DNA of 64,000 nucleotides from Obrimoposthia wandeli (taxonomy: Eukaryota), in the NCBI GenBank assembly GCA_977020255.1, contig CDROCS010000253.1, forward strand, positions 558,001 through 622,000, written 5' to 3'. Shown piece by piece: positions 40,582 to 51,746 of the stretch. Each line of letters starts with the position of its first letter. Position 1 is the stretch's first letter. The notes below the pieces were generated by a model. The model saw nothing but the letters and a program-made list of their open reading frames with translations. It was not told the DNA's origin and searched no databases. A program made the position numbers and the translations under genes.

Positions 40582-42594
40582 TTACTTTTTCAACGTTACA
40601 GGTAACTTACCTAGCGCCTTATTTTCATTAACAATAACCGCCATGCTGGCATTAAACCCTGGGCTTATTATTTGCTTATTTTCACTCTGATAGATTCTAT
40701 CATCAAAGTTTAATAACACGGCATCAGCGAGGTCGCTATATTCATTAATTAAGAATGGTGAACCTTTAGCAATAAGAATTGAAGGCGTTCCTAACTGACG
40801 CGCTAGCGTTAACTGCTGTTTTAATAACGTTGCATAGCTCAATTTTTTCTGTTGCTGAGCAGCACTACCATAACTTGGCGTTAAATCATCCATACCGCCT
40901 AAATCAACTAAACTCGCTGTTTTAATATCGACGGTAGTAATAACCACATCGGCTTTGCTTAATAACGCCTTAATGTGCTTATCAGACTCGCCGTTATCGG
41001 CAAGAAAGTGGCTAATACTAATATTTTCGACTTCACTTGCGGGCATTACCTTGGCTAAAACATGCTTTACTGCATAAGTGAGCGCGTCTAATTCTTGCTC
41101 AGTTGCGACGACAAGATGTAACCGTTTTACGCCAGCGACATTAAGCGGTAACAGTTGGTTATTTTTCAATAATGTTACCGCAGCATCAGCAAGCGCTTGC
41201 TCTGTCATAATATGATTTTCATTGGCAATAACCGCGTTAGCCGATAGCAGTTTTTGCGCTACTGACTCATTGGCTACTTCAACATATTGCTGCTTATATC
41301 GGTTTAATCTCGCAAGAGATTGGTCAAATTCGGTTAACTGATAATCATCCTGCTCAATACGCGTTGCTAAGGTTTTAGCGACTGCTTTAATAAAGTGGTA
41401 AAAATTGTTGATATCATAGGGAGTTCTCACTTTAAATGGCATCACCGCAAGATCTGCACCAGCAACAAAAGTTTCAACGATAGCCTCAACGTCAGTGAAA
41501 AAGTGAGTAACACCTGCCATATCAAGGGCATCGGTGGCAATAATACCATCAAACTCCATTTCTTCTCTCAACAGTGTTGTTAAAATTTTACGAGACATTG
41601 TTGCTGGACGAATAAGTTTTTCACCACTTTTACTAACAAATAAACTGTCATCAAGGGCTGGGTATTGAATATGAGCCGTCATGATCATCGCTGGCTTAGC
41701 ATGCTTGATTGCCCAAGCAAAAGGGGCAAGATCAACCTTATCTATAGTCGCTCTATCATGATCAACTCTGGGTAAACCTAAGTGACTATCAACATGCGTA
41801 TCACCATGACCAGGAAAGTGCTTCAATGTCGCCATCACGCCTTGCGCTTGAATAGCGTTCACCGCGCTAGCACCAAGCTCGGCAACTTGCCCCGCTGACT
41901 CACCAAAAGATCGGGTATTAATCACCGGGTTATCAACATTAGTATTTACATCAACCACTGGCGCATAGTTATTATTGATACCTAAGGCTTTTAACTCTCT
42001 AGCGATAACCCTATTAACTTGCGTAGCAAAGTGGGTACCATGCTCAGGGTAGCTAGCGCCAATGGCCATATTTCCGGCAAAACCAGTCATTTTAGCAAAA
42101 CGAGCCACTCGCCCCCCCTCTTGATCCATTGAGATAATCAAGGGTTTACCTTGCGCTGACTTTACTGCTGCTTGTTGAATATCGTGGGTTAACTTAACCA
42201 CTTGCGCTATCTCTTGCACATTTTCAGCAAACAAGACGATACCACCGACATTACTGGTGCTTATCATCTGTGCAAGCTCTTCGGGCAGCTCAGTAACAGC
42301 TTGTCGACAATGTTTTGATGTTGGCACACTGGGTTTGCCATTTATATCCGCACAAAAATAACGAATATCGAGTGACATTCTTTGGGCAATTTTTCGCTCA
42401 AATGGAGTAAATGTTGAAATGCTCGTGGTCTTATTGGTCATATTTTTTTCTGTTGCCTGACTTTGACAAGCGCTAAGCGCAATGGAAACTATCATCATTA
42501 GCACTTTTGGCACTAAGTGAACTCGCTCATTACTAGGTAAAAAAGTAGGTACTGAACTCGGTGAATTTCTTAATAAATGATCCATCAAAGACAA
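40582..42594 (-). CDS. GH3 beta-N-acetylhexosaminidase, two-domain lipoprotein (NagZ-like)
   Basis: DQEGGRV, KHFPGHGDTHVDSH (NagZ His/Asp dyad motif), MTAH, ATDAL, lipobox ALSAC. The true start may be downstream of 42594. Confidence 0.9.
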   Translation of the reverse strand: MSLMDHLLRNSPSSVPTFLPSNERVHLVPKVLMMIVSIALSACQSQATEKNMTNKTTSISTFTPFERKIAQRMSLDIRYFCADINGKPSVPTSKHCRQAVTELPEELAQMISTSNVGGIVLFAENVQEIAQVVKLTHDIQQAAVKSAQGKPLIISMDQEGGRVARFAKMTGFAGNMAIGASYPEHGTHFATQVNRVIARELKALGINNNYAPVVDVNTNVDNPVINTRSFGESAGQVAELGASAVNAIQAQGVMATLKHFPGHGDTHVDSHLGLPRVDHDRATIDKVDLAPFAWAIKHAKPAMIMTAHIQYPALDDSLFVSKSGEKLIRPATMSRKILTTLLREEMEFDGIIATDALDMAGVTHFFTDVEAIVETFVAGADLAVMPFKVRTPYDINNFYHFIKAVAKTLATRIEQDDYQLTEFDQSLARLNRYKQQYVEVANESVAQKLLSANAVIANENHIMTEQALADAAVTLLKNNQLLPLNVAGVKRLHLVVATEQELDALTYAVKHVLAKVMPASEVENISISHFLADNGESDKHIKALLSKADVVITTVDIKTASLVDLGGMDDLTPSYGSAAQQQKKLSYATLLKQQLTLARQLGTPSILIAKGSPFLINEYSDLADAVLLNFDDRIYQSENKQIISPGFNASMAVIVNENKALGKLPVTLKK

Positions 42595-42597
42595 AAC

Positions 42598-43254
42598 CTA
42601 CTGACTAAAAGCAAGGACATATTTTACCAGTTTATTGATACCTACTGCCGCTTCACTGATCGATTCCGCCAGCATATAAGCGGGGGTAGTCACTATCTTA
42701 TGCGCTTCATCAACCACTACGTCAGTAACATCACAATCAATATGCGTTAAACCTTTAGCAGAAATTAATTTTGCCGTCGCATTATCTTTACCAATAGTGC
42801 CTTTTACGCCAGCAGGATAAATCATGGGTAATAAAGCCGGAGCAATACACATAAAACCTGCTGGTTTTTCTACTTTAGCGAACGCTTTAGCGGCGGTTAA
42901 TACTTGCTCGTTAACACTATAGTTTTCATTGTCTAAAGCAAAACTACTTAAGTTCTTTGCTGCGCCAAAACCACCAACAAAAATAATCGCATCAAACTCT
43001 TTCTCACTCAGTTCAATTAAATCTTCGACATCACCACGACCAATGCGCGCAGCTTCAACCAATACATTGCGGCTTTCATCTTCGCTCACTTCACCGGTAA
43101 GATGATTAATAACATGGTGCTGAGCTATATTGGGCGCAAAACAACGATAAGTTGCGCCCTGCTGTGATATCGCGAGCAAGGTAATGACAGCTTCTTGAAT
43201 TTCACTGCCATCATAGACACCACAGCCGCTTAGAATTACTGCTATATTTTTCAT
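42598..43254 (-). CDS. elbB: ElbB / DJ-1-PfpI family glyoxalase
   Basis: AVILSGCGVYDGSEI.EAV, GGFGAAKNLS, GFMCIAP, TTPAYML. Confidence 0.93.
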   Translation of the reverse strand: MKNIAVILSGCGVYDGSEIQEAVITLLAISQQGATYRCFAPNIAQHHVINHLTGEVSEDESRNVLVEAARIGRGDVEDLIELSEKEFDAIIFVGGFGAAKNLSSFALDNENYSVNEQVLTAAKAFAKVEKPAGFMCIAPALLPMIYPAGVKGTIGKDNATAKLISAKGLTHIDCDVTDVVVDEAHKIVTTPAYMLAESISEAAVGINKLVKYVLAFSQ

Positions 43255-43274
43255 TTTTAATCCTTTCTTTTTAA

Positions 43275-44486
43275 CTATTTTTTATTGTTAAACCATACCA
43301 TTAGCTGACAGCATAATACTACCAACACAGCGAAGAACATTAACAAGGCAAACGGCTTTGCGCTGCCATCATAAAAGAACGCTAAAATGGGTCCCGCTAG
43401 GGCGCCAATTCCCCAACGAAGGGTACCAATAACCGCAGTTACTGTACCTGAATGCTCTGGAAATTTAGTTAGAATTAAGGCATCGCTGTTTACCGCTATC
43501 ATGGAAATACTGCCCATTAGTGGAAAGATTGCCACCACCGTATATATTAACGGTAAATCAAATACATTCACCAACATCAATGCCGTTGCAGCCATTGTTG
43601 CTAGAGTTAAACCACAACGTAACATCGTCCTTGAGCCTTTGCGCACCACAAAACGTGTATTGGTAAAATGCGCCGTCATTAACGCTAGAATATTTAGAGC
43701 AAACAACAAGCTAAAAGTATATTCTGAGACCTTAAAAATGGTTAAATACACAAAAGGAATAGCGGTAATGTAAGTGAAAAAAGCCAGTGCTATCATCATG
43801 GAAGAAATGATATCTAGTCGTGCTTCAGCATTACTTAACACTCTTTTATAGCGTTGTATAAAACTCAACTCAATTTTTGTAACCGCTTGCCCTGCTGGCA
43901 ATGCCACATAACTCGCATTCGGTAGATAATAACTAACCAGTACCAGTACAATTAAACTGTAAGCGGCTAAGACATAAAAAATAAGCTGCCAACTATGTGC
44001 CAATAACAACACACTACCGATGCTTGGCGCTATCATCGGGGCTAACATCATGATCATACTGACATACGATAGTCCTTTCGCTGTATTCTTACCGTAATAT
44101 TCACGTACCGCCCCCGGCACAACAACCGTTGCAGCACTACTGACAAAAGCTTGAAAAAATCTAACCGTAAGAAATTGCTCTATATTGTTCACAAAAGGTA
44201 ACAGTAGGCTGGCGATAAAAAATCCGCCTATCCCCAATATAACCAGATTTCGACGTGGATGTTTATCTGCCATAGGACCAAATAATATTAAGCCCAGTGC
44301 ATAACCCAATAAATAAATGCTTAAGCTATTTTGCACCATGCTCATGGGCGTATTTAAATGCTCGGCTAGCGTTGGCATAGCCGGTAAATACATATCTACC
44401 GCTAAAGGAGATACCGCTAATATTGAGGCTAATAAAGGTAATAATAGCTTCAAAGAAACGTTAAGCTGCGCTGATGCCGTGGTCAT
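43275..44486 (-). CDS. Bcr/CflA family MFS efflux transporter
   Basis: PLAVDMYLPAMP, GP.ADK..RR, APMIAPSIG; about 12 TM segments. Confidence 0.9.
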   Translation of the reverse strand: MTTASAQLNVSLKLLLPLLASILAVSPLAVDMYLPAMPTLAEHLNTPMSMVQNSLSIYLLGYALGLILFGPMADKHPRRNLVILGIGGFFIASLLLPFVNNIEQFLTVRFFQAFVSSAATVVVPGAVREYYGKNTAKGLSYVSMIMMLAPMIAPSIGSVLLLAHSWQLIFYVLAAYSLIVLVLVSYYLPNASYVALPAGQAVTKIELSFIQRYKRVLSNAEARLDIISSMMIALAFFTYITAIPFVYLTIFKVSEYTFSLLFALNILALMTAHFTNTRFVVRKGSRTMLRCGLTLATMAATALMLVNVFDLPLIYTVVAIFPLMGSISMIAVNSDALILTKFPEHSGTVTAVIGTLRWGIGALAGPILAFFYDGSAKPFALLMFFAVLVVLCCQLMVWFNNKK

Positions 44487-45958
44487 TGTTTTTCCATCAG
44501 CTGTGCTTCTTTTTGTTTACTGGTGTATTCGTATACTAATTTACCTAATACCTTAATGGCCACTGCAACATCTTCTCCCCATTTCACGCCATAACTTATC
44601 CGCATGTAATTTTGATACTTTCCTGACGGAGAGAAAATTGCCCCAGGGGCAAAACTTACCCCTTGTGCTAACGCCTGTTGAAAAAACTCACTCGTTTTGA
44701 CATGTGATTGACAACGCAGCCAAAGCACACTGCCACCTTGGGGTTTTGAAATACACACCTCTGGTGGAAAATGTTCGGCAAGTAGCGCCCGCATACGCTC
44801 ACAGTTATATGCGAGGGTTTTGCGTAATACGCAAAGGTGGCGATCATAATCACCGCTGAGTAAGTACTCATTTAAGGTCCATTGCTGCAACATAGACGTC
44901 GAGCTTGATTGCGCTCTTTTTATTCGTTGTGCCTGTTCTTCAAATTTACCTGGTAATAGCCAACCAATGCGATAGCCTGGTGCTGCTGTTTTGGAAAATG
45001 AAGAGCACGTCATCACCAGTCCTTTTTCAGAATACAACTGTGCAGGTTTTGGTTTGTTATCGGTAAAGTATATTTCGCTGTAAACCTCATCTTCAATTAA
45101 CGGGATATCGTGTTGTTCTAATAGATAAACCATCGCTTGGCGTTGTTCATCTGTTTTCATTGAGCCTAACGGATTGTTTATCGCTGTGGAAAATAAACAC
45201 GCTGTGATTTCATATTGGCCGATTGCCTCCGCTAAGTCTTCGACACAAACACCGTCTTCAGTGCAGGTATAAACTTCCAGCGCTTTCATACCTAATGTTT
45301 CAATCAATTCGATCATGCCAAAAAAGCACGGCGATTCAATAGCAATAATATCACCACGTTGAGCAACACATTGTAGGGCAATAGAAAGTGCCTCTTGCGC
45401 GCCATTGGTGATGACAATATCCTCGGGATTTATCTCTACACCTTGGTCTTGATAGCGAAATGCCAACTGCATACGCAATTTAGCATCGCCCGTTACCGGA
45501 CCATAACTGACCGCCTTTTCTGATACTTTACTTAATACTGAGCGCATTAATCTGGCAAGGGCTTTATCCGGTGGATGTGCTTGAATAGGATTTGAGATCC
45601 CCAAAGCAATAGTATTAGGCAAATGCACCGCCGCATGAACTTGTTCAATCATACTGCGACCTTGTACTTCTACAGGGTCACATTGCGCCCATTTTGCTGG
45701 TCTTGGCTTTAATGTGCGTGCTTGCACGGCTTGTAAGTAGTAGCCCGATTGTGGCTTTGCACAAACTTGTCCTTGTCGTTCTAATTCAATATAAGCCTGC
45801 TTAACCGTTGGTACACTTATATCAAACTGGCGACTTAGTTTACGTAAACTAGGTAGTTTATCACCTGGGTGTAATGCACCTATTTTCTTTTGGTGTTCAA
45901 TAAAATCAATTATTTGTTGATATAAATATGCCGAGGAGCTTTTATCTAATAATTTCAT
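44483..45958 (-). CDS. MocR/GntR PLP-dependent transcriptional regulator
   Basis: wHTH LPSLRKLS...S.PTV..AY.ELE, ITNGAQEAL, EDEVYSE, SSFSKTAAPGYRIGW. Confidence 0.93.
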   Translation of the reverse strand: MKLLDKSSSAYLYQQIIDFIEHQKKIGALHPGDKLPSLRKLSRQFDISVPTVKQAYIELERQGQVCAKPQSGYYLQAVQARTLKPRPAKWAQCDPVEVQGRSMIEQVHAAVHLPNTIALGISNPIQAHPPDKALARLMRSVLSKVSEKAVSYGPVTGDAKLRMQLAFRYQDQGVEINPEDIVITNGAQEALSIALQCVAQRGDIIAIESPCFFGMIELIETLGMKALEVYTCTEDGVCVEDLAEAIGQYEITACLFSTAINNPLGSMKTDEQRQAMVYLLEQHDIPLIEDEVYSEIYFTDNKPKPAQLYSEKGLVMTCSSFSKTAAPGYRIGWLLPGKFEEQAQRIKRAQSSSTSMLQQWTLNEYLLSGDYDRHLCVLRKTLAYNCERMRALLAEHFPPEVCISKPQGGSVLWLRCQSHVKTSEFFQQALAQGVSFAPGAIFSPSGKYQNYMRISYGVKWGEDVAVAIKVLGKLVYEYTSKQKEAQLMEKQ

Positions 45959-45994
45959 TTATTTCTCAGAGTAAGCGCCTTGAATATCAACACA

Positions 45995-46013
45995 AACTGT
46001 ATAGGTTACATTT
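45995..46013. promoter_or_regulatory. Candidate operator between the divergent mocR and eamA genes
   Basis: AACTGTA-TAGGT-TACATTT, an inverted repeat with one mismatch. Confidence 0.4.
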
Positions 46014-46149
46014 TCATATTTTTGTATATGTTATTAAATCAAAATATCATTAAAATGTCACGCTTATCCTATTGATTACCATTTCGTATAGAGAAAATTA
46101 CTTTCTTATACAGATTGGTATTAGCTCAACTTATGGAGTGGCAAAGCTA

Positions 46150-47067
46150 ATGAACAATACACTTTTATACGTAATTACCGTCATAATCTGGGGATCAACT
46201 TGGATTGCTATTAATTACCAATTAGGTGAAGTCGCTGCTGAAGTATCTCTTGTTTACCGATTTGGTTTAGCTGCTTTAATTATGTTCGCTTATTGTCGTT
46301 TCAAGAAATTACCACTGAAGTTTTCAGCCAAACAACATCTGCAACTATTTGCTTTTGGTTTAACGCTGTTCGGCTTTAATTATTATTTACTTTATAACGC
46401 ACAAACTCATATTAACTCAGCATTGACCAGCATTGCATTTTCCACTTTGATGATGGTTAATATTGTTAATGCACGAGTTTGGTTTAAAACTCGCATTTCG
46501 AGCCAAGTATATTACGGTGGCGCGCTTGGCTTAATGGGTATTGTTACTTTGTTTTGGCCACAAATAAGTAATCTGCATTTTGGTGACAGTACTTTACTGG
46601 GCTTAGGTTTTTGTCTAATTGGCGTAATGTTCGCTTCAACTGGCAACATGATTTCTATCAAAAATCAGCACGACAAAATGCCAGTTCTACCTGCCACTGC
46701 TTGGGGTATGATGTATGGCAGTTTATTTATGTTTGTTCTTGCCCTTGTTCAAGGCCAAACCTTTAACTTTTCTTATACCGTTGAATACATCAGCTCATTA
46801 TTGTATTTATCAATATTTGGTTCTGTTATTGCTTTTGGTTGTTATTTAACATTATTGGCTCGTATCGGCGCACATAAGGCTTCTTACGCCACCATTATGT
46901 TTCCAGCTGTCGCGGTGGTTCTCTCAAGCTTTTTCGAAGGTTTTATCTGGGATAGTTATACTTTTATCGGCTTAAGCTTAATGTTAGCGGGTAACTTGGT
47001 GGTACTAGCCAAGCCGGGTATGCTAAAGCGTTTCAATTTTACGAGTTTAAAAACAAGTAAAGCCTAG
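46150..47067 (+). CDS. EamA/DMT family transporter
   Basis: IWGSTWIAI, YRFGLAA, GSVIAF.CYL.LL.RIGA.KASY; 10 TM segments. Start probably ATG 46150. Confidence 0.9.
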   Translation: MNNTLLYVITVIIWGSTWIAINYQLGEVAAEVSLVYRFGLAALIMFAYCRFKKLPLKFSAKQHLQLFAFGLTLFGFNYYLLYNAQTHINSALTSIAFSTLMMVNIVNARVWFKTRISSQVYYGGALGLMGIVTLFWPQISNLHFGDSTLLGLGFCLIGVMFASTGNMISIKNQHDKMPVLPATAWGMMYGSLFMFVLALVQGQTFNFSYTVEYISSLLYLSIFGSVIAFGCYLTLLARIGAHKASYATIMFPAVAVVLSSFFEGFIWDSYTFIGLSLMLAGNLVVLAKPGMLKRFNFTSLKTSKA

Positions 47068-47288
47068 TGATACCAAAAATTTATGATTAAATTAATCGCG
47101 TTAGGCATGTTAAAGCAAAGCACAAACTTGCTATAATATGCCTGTCGTTTTAAATGATGACATTAAATATTACACGACTTATTACGCGGAAATTAATACG
47201 AAAAATTGCCAAGCTCGACGGCAAATCGATTAACAACCAAACTAATTTAAGCTAAGCCAAACAACTTTAAAGTAATTTAGGTAACCTA

Positions 47289-48257
47289 ATGCAACGACTA
47301 GCCCCAGCTTTACGTCAAGACAATGTACCTCTTGATTTAATTTCATTAATAAAAACTATTTTAGCTGCCACGAAAGAAATTTCGTTTCGTGTTAGCCAAG
47401 GCCACTTAGGTGACGTGATGGGCTCAACCCTTGATGAAAACATTCAAGGCGAAGTTCAGAAACAATTAGATGTGGTTGCCAATGAATTATTCAAAGATAT
47501 TTTACTTGAGTCTGGTTTCGTTAAAGCGATTTCATCAGAAGAAGAAGACCACTCAGTTGCTGGTGATGAAAATGGCAAATATATTGTTTCTTTTGATCCC
47601 CTCGATGGTAGCTCTAACATAGACATCAATTCATTAATTGGTACTATTTTCTCTATTCATGAAGCTCCTACAGACATCGCTGCTGGTGATGATGACATGT
47701 TCAAACAAGCCGGTGACAAACAAGTATGTGCGGGTTATGTACTTTATGGTCCATCAACGATGTTAGTGATGACAACAGGTAGTGGCACGCACTTTTATGT
47801 ATTAGACAGAACCCACGGCGGTTTCTTATTAGTTGAGCGTAATGTACAAGTACCTGCTGATACACAAGAGTTTGCAGTTAATATGTCTAACCAGCGTTTT
47901 TGGCAGGCACCTATGCAAAATTATATTAATGATTTACTTGCGGGTGATACCGGTCCACGTGAGAAAAACTTCAATATGCGTTGGATAGCTGCCATGGTGG
48001 GTGATATTCATCGTGTTTTATGTCGTGGTGGTATATTCACTTACCCTGCCGATAGCAGAAAGCCTGAGCAACCATACAAACTTCGCTTAATGTATGAAGC
48101 TAACCCAATGGCATTTTTACTTGAGCAAGCAGGTGGTTTAGCGATGACGAGTGAAGGCCGTATTATGGATATAGAACCAAATAGTATTCATCAACGTGTT
48201 GAAGTTATTATGGGCTCTAAGAATGAAGTTGAGAAATGCTTAAGCTACTATAAGTAA
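47289..48257 (+). CDS. fbp: Class 1 fructose-1,6-bisphosphatase
   Basis: [41 protein letters not shown]. Confidence 0.97.
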   Translation: MQRLAPALRQDNVPLDLISLIKTILAATKEISFRVSQGHLGDVMGSTLDENIQGEVQKQLDVVANELFKDILLESGFVKAISSEEEDHSVAGDENGKYIVSFDPLDGSSNIDINSLIGTIFSIHEAPTDIAAGDDDMFKQAGDKQVCAGYVLYGPSTMLVMTTGSGTHFYVLDRTHGGFLLVERNVQVPADTQEFAVNMSNQRFWQAPMQNYINDLLAGDTGPREKNFNMRWIAAMVGDIHRVLCRGGIFTYPADSRKPEQPYKLRLMYEANPMAFLLEQAGGLAMTSEGRIMDIEPNSIHQRVEVIMGSKNEVEKCLSYYK

Positions 48258-48291
48258 GCTTAAACAGCGTTTTCCAAAAAATTAGATTAAT

Positions 48292-48328
48292 AAAAAAGGC
48301 TTGTTGTTTTAAACAATAAGCCTTTTTT
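48292..48328. terminator. Bidirectional intrinsic terminator
   Basis: A6-GGCTTGTTGTT..AACAATAAGCC-T6 between fbp and rlmB. Confidence 0.85.
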
Positions 48329-48343
48329 ATGGTTTGTTAATGA

Positions 48344-49099
48344 TTAGATTGAACGTTGGCGTACCATTTCAAACAAACAGATACCTGTTGCCACAGACAC
48401 ATTCAAACTAGAAACAGTACCTGCCATCGGAAGCTTCACTAGTTGGTCACAATTTTCACGAGTTAATCGACGCATGCCTCTTCCTTCAGCGCCCATAACA
48501 AGTGCCATCGGTCCACCGAGTTTAACATCATATAAACAAGTATCAGTTTCTCCGGCTGTTCCAACAATCCATACACCTTGCTTTTGCAGCTGCTTCATTG
48601 TTCTTGATAAATTAGTGACTTGCACTAAAGGTACACTTTCAACCGCGCCTACCGCAACTTTACGAACAGTAGGGGTAATTTGTGCGGCATTATCTTTTGG
48701 CACTATGATGGCTTGTACGCCCGCAGCATCAGCGTTACGTAAACAAGCACCTAGATTATGAGGATCGGTGACACCGTCTAAAATAAGAAAGAATGGTGGG
48801 ATACCTTTTTTTTCTGCGGCAAGAATAATGTCATCGATATCATTTTCTGTATAACTTTTCCCAGGTCTTACACGGGCGATTACGCCTTGATGTTGCTCAC
48901 CTTCGCTTTTTTCATCAAGGGCTTTACGACTTGCTAATTGCGTACCGATACCGTATTTTCTTGATAAATTAATGATTGGCATTATGCGATCATCTTCACG
49001 ACCTTTTAATAGCCATATTTCAATAAAACGCTCAGGTGCTGCGTCCATTAAGGCATTAACTGCATGAATACCAAACACTAACTCTTCATTTTTCGCCAT
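48344..49099 (-). CDS. rlmB: 23S rRNA (Gm2251) methyltransferase
   Basis: [46 protein letters not shown]. Confidence 0.97.
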   Translation of the reverse strand: MAKNEELVFGIHAVNALMDAAPERFIEIWLLKGREDDRIMPIINLSRKYGIGTQLASRKALDEKSEGEQHQGVIARVRPGKSYTENDIDDIILAAEKKGIPPFFLILDGVTDPHNLGACLRNADAAGVQAIIVPKDNAAQITPTVRKVAVGAVESVPLVQVTNLSRTMKQLQKQGVWIVGTAGETDTCLYDVKLGGPMALVMGAEGRGMRRLTRENCDQLVKLPMAGTVSSLNVSVATGICLFEMVRQRSI

Positions 49100-49145
49100 G
49101 ATCTTTCTCTATTTTATATGAACAACGAGGCTAATAAGCCATGTT

Positions 49146-49198
49146 TATACCCAAGCGACTTAACGCTGAATCCTGCATCTTCAAGTGGAGCGAGTATA
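49146..49198. repeat. 53-bp internally deleted ERIC-like element retaining both TATAC...GTATA ends
   Basis: TATACCCAAGCGACT...GCTGAATCCTGCATCTTCAAGTGGAGCGAGTATA in the rnr-rlmB gap. Confidence 0.7.
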
Positions 49199-49206
49199 AC
49201 TATTAC

Positions 49207-51651
49207 TTAAGCACTATTTGCCGTACCTTTACGGGCATTTTTTCCTGGGCGTTTTTTACGTGCACTGCGCTTTTTCGCTTTGCTTTTTTCTTTTGGCTTG
49301 TCTTTAGACTTGCTTTTAGGTTTGTCTTTTTTAGCGGTAGTTGCTTGAGTCCCAGTCTTAGTTTCTGGTTTACCCTCAACTGACTTTGACGTTGAGCGTC
49401 TAGTGCCTTTTCCTTTAGATTTACCTTTAGGCTTGCCTTGGCTTTCTTCCGCTTCAGAACCTTCAAGTCGTAAGTCTATTTTCTTTTCGTCAAGGTTTAC
49501 TGCGGCAACTTGAACCCGAATTTCATCACCAACACGATATTTATTGCCACTACTCTCACCCGTAAGGCACATTCGTACATCATCAAAATGATAAAAATCA
49601 CGACCAAGAGAAGTGATATGGACTAAGCCTTCAATATGTAAATCTTGTAAGCGAACAAACATACCAAAGTTAGTCACTGTTGAAATCACCCCAGTGAAAT
49701 TATCACCAACATGGTCCTGCATAAACTCACATTTGAGCCAATCAGCAACATCACGCGTTGCTTCATCAGCGCGTCGCTCGGTCATAGAACAATGCTCACC
49801 CAGCTCAATAACTTCCTCTAAGGAGTATTCATAGCTGCCTTCGTTGGCATCATTTTTAGCTTCTTTTTCTAAAATAGCTTTAATTACTCGATGCACTACT
49901 AAATCAGGGTAGCGACGAATAGGTGAAGTGAAATGGCTATAAGATGGTAGCGCTAAACCAAAATGGCCTTCATTATCACTTTGATAGACCGCTTGGCGCA
50001 TTGAGCGTAACAACATGGTTTGAATAAGCTCTTGATCAGGACGACCTGCTACTCTAGCTAAAATATCTCCGTAATCTCTTGGCTCCGGTTCTGCTTTTGA
50101 AGGCAGTGACAAACCAAGTTCATTTAAATAAGTGACAAAATTACGGTATTTATCTTCACTTGGTTTCTCATGAACACGGAATAAGCCTGGTTTTTCATGT
50201 TTTTCAATAAATTTTGCCGTCGCGACATTGGCCAAAATCATACATTCTTCGATGATTTTGTGGGCATCATTACGGATAAGTGCTTCAACGCTGGCAATTT
50301 TTTTATCTTCGTTAAAGATAAAAATAGACTCTTGTGTTTCAAACGCGATAGCGCCACGTTTAAGGCGAGCATCGGTTAGCGCGTGATACATCTGTTCAAG
50401 GTTTTTTAAATCAGGAACTAAAGGTTGGTATTCTTGACAAAGCGCTTCATCACCATCGAGAATCGCCGCAACTTTAGTGTAAGTAAAACGGGCATGAGAA
50501 CGCATTACTGCGGGATAAAATTTGCTGCCTGATAATTTACCGGTAGCACTAACTGTCATTTCACACACCATACATAAGCGATCTACGTCAGGGTTTAGTG
50601 AACATAAGCCATTAGAAAGCTTTTCTGGCAACATAGGGATAACTTGGCTAGGAAAATACACCGAGTTACCACGTGATATCGCTTCATCGTCTAAAGCGGT
50701 ACCGTGCTGAACATAATAACTGACATCAGCAATGGCAACCCATAAGCGCCAACCACCTGATTTTTTAGGCTCACAATAAACTGCATCATCAAAATCTCTC
50801 GCATCATCGCCATCAATAGTTACCAGTGGCAGATCACGTAAATCTTTACGTGGTAGTTTAGATGATTCTTCAACTTCATCAGCAATACTAGCCACTTCAG
50901 CTAATACCTCATGCGGAAATTGATGCGGTAAATCATGGGCGCGCAAGGCTATTTCAATTTCCATCCCAGGAGCAAGGTGATCCCCTAAAACTTCAATCAC
51001 TTTACCAATGGCATGGGAGCGTTTAGTCGGTCGTTGTACTAATTCAACCACCACCATCTGTCCGTGTCTAGCACCCATTTTTGTTTGTGGATCAATTAAT
51101 ACTTCTTGTTTGATCTTACTGTCTTCTGAAACAACAGAGCAAACATGATGATCAACATATAATCGACCGACTATAGGTGCTTTTCTCGGTTCTATAACTT
51201 CAAGTATTTTGACTTCTTTACGACCTTTACGATCGGTACGGTCAACCAAAATGGCTTGCACGATATCGCCATGAAAAACACGCTGCATTTCATGAGAGGA
51301 GATATAAAAATCTTTACCTCTTTTATCGGTAATCGATGAATCATCCGGAGAAAAGAAACCAAAACCGTCACGATGGCCAATAACTTTGCCGCTCAGTAGG
51401 CTATTTTTTTCCGGCAATGCATATTGTTTGAATTTATTAAAGATCAACTGACCACTGTTTTCCATCGCACGTAAACGACGCTTCAAACCAATAAGTTGAT
51501 ATTCTTCATCATACTTTAGTGTTTTGACCAAGCTATTAAAGCTTGGTGGTGGCGAGCATTTTTCGATGATTGATAGCAATAATTCGCGTGAGGCGACTGG
51601 CTTTTCATATTTTTTGGCTTCGCGTTTAGCGTGTGGATCGTTATAGGTCAC
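49207..51651 (-). CDS. rnr: Ribonuclease R
   Basis: GHRDGFGF, TIDGDDARDFDDAV, GNSVYFP, HFTSPIRRYPDL, S1 domain, Lys-rich tail. Confidence 0.98.
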   Translation of the reverse strand: MTYNDPHAKREAKKYEKPVASRELLLSIIEKCSPPPSFNSLVKTLKYDEEYQLIGLKRRLRAMENSGQLIFNKFKQYALPEKNSLLSGKVIGHRDGFGFFSPDDSSITDKRGKDFYISSHEMQRVFHGDIVQAILVDRTDRKGRKEVKILEVIEPRKAPIVGRLYVDHHVCSVVSEDSKIKQEVLIDPQTKMGARHGQMVVVELVQRPTKRSHAIGKVIEVLGDHLAPGMEIEIALRAHDLPHQFPHEVLAEVASIADEVEESSKLPRKDLRDLPLVTIDGDDARDFDDAVYCEPKKSGGWRLWVAIADVSYYVQHGTALDDEAISRGNSVYFPSQVIPMLPEKLSNGLCSLNPDVDRLCMVCEMTVSATGKLSGSKFYPAVMRSHARFTYTKVAAILDGDEALCQEYQPLVPDLKNLEQMYHALTDARLKRGAIAFETQESIFIFNEDKKIASVEALIRNDAHKIIEECMILANVATAKFIEKHEKPGLFRVHEKPSEDKYRNFVTYLNELGLSLPSKAEPEPRDYGDILARVAGRPDQELIQTMLLRSMRQAVYQSDNEGHFGLALPSYSHFTSPIRRYPDLVVHRVIKAILEKEAKNDANEGSYEYSLEEVIELGEHCSMTERRADEATRDVADWLKCEFMQDHVGDNFTGVISTVTNFGMFVRLQDLHIEGLVHITSLGRDFYHFDDVRMCLTGESSGNKYRVGDEIRVQVAAVNLDEKKIDLRLEGSEAEESQGKPKGKSKGKGTRRSTSKSVEGKPETKTGTQATTAKKDKPKSKSKDKPKEKSKAKKRSARKKRPGKNARKGTANSA

Positions 51652-51746
51652 TATAATGGGTCAGTATTTAAGGATAACTACTTGTCAGTATACCATAAAC
51701 TTATTATAGCAAGTCTATTAAGTTAGTTCCCATTCAGAGCTGTTAG

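Noticed and set aside
49203-49466. Lys-rich 87-aa ORF overlapping the rnr 3' end
   Set aside because: It is an alternate frame of the A-rich RNase R tail; there is no slippery-site or other evidence for frameshifting.
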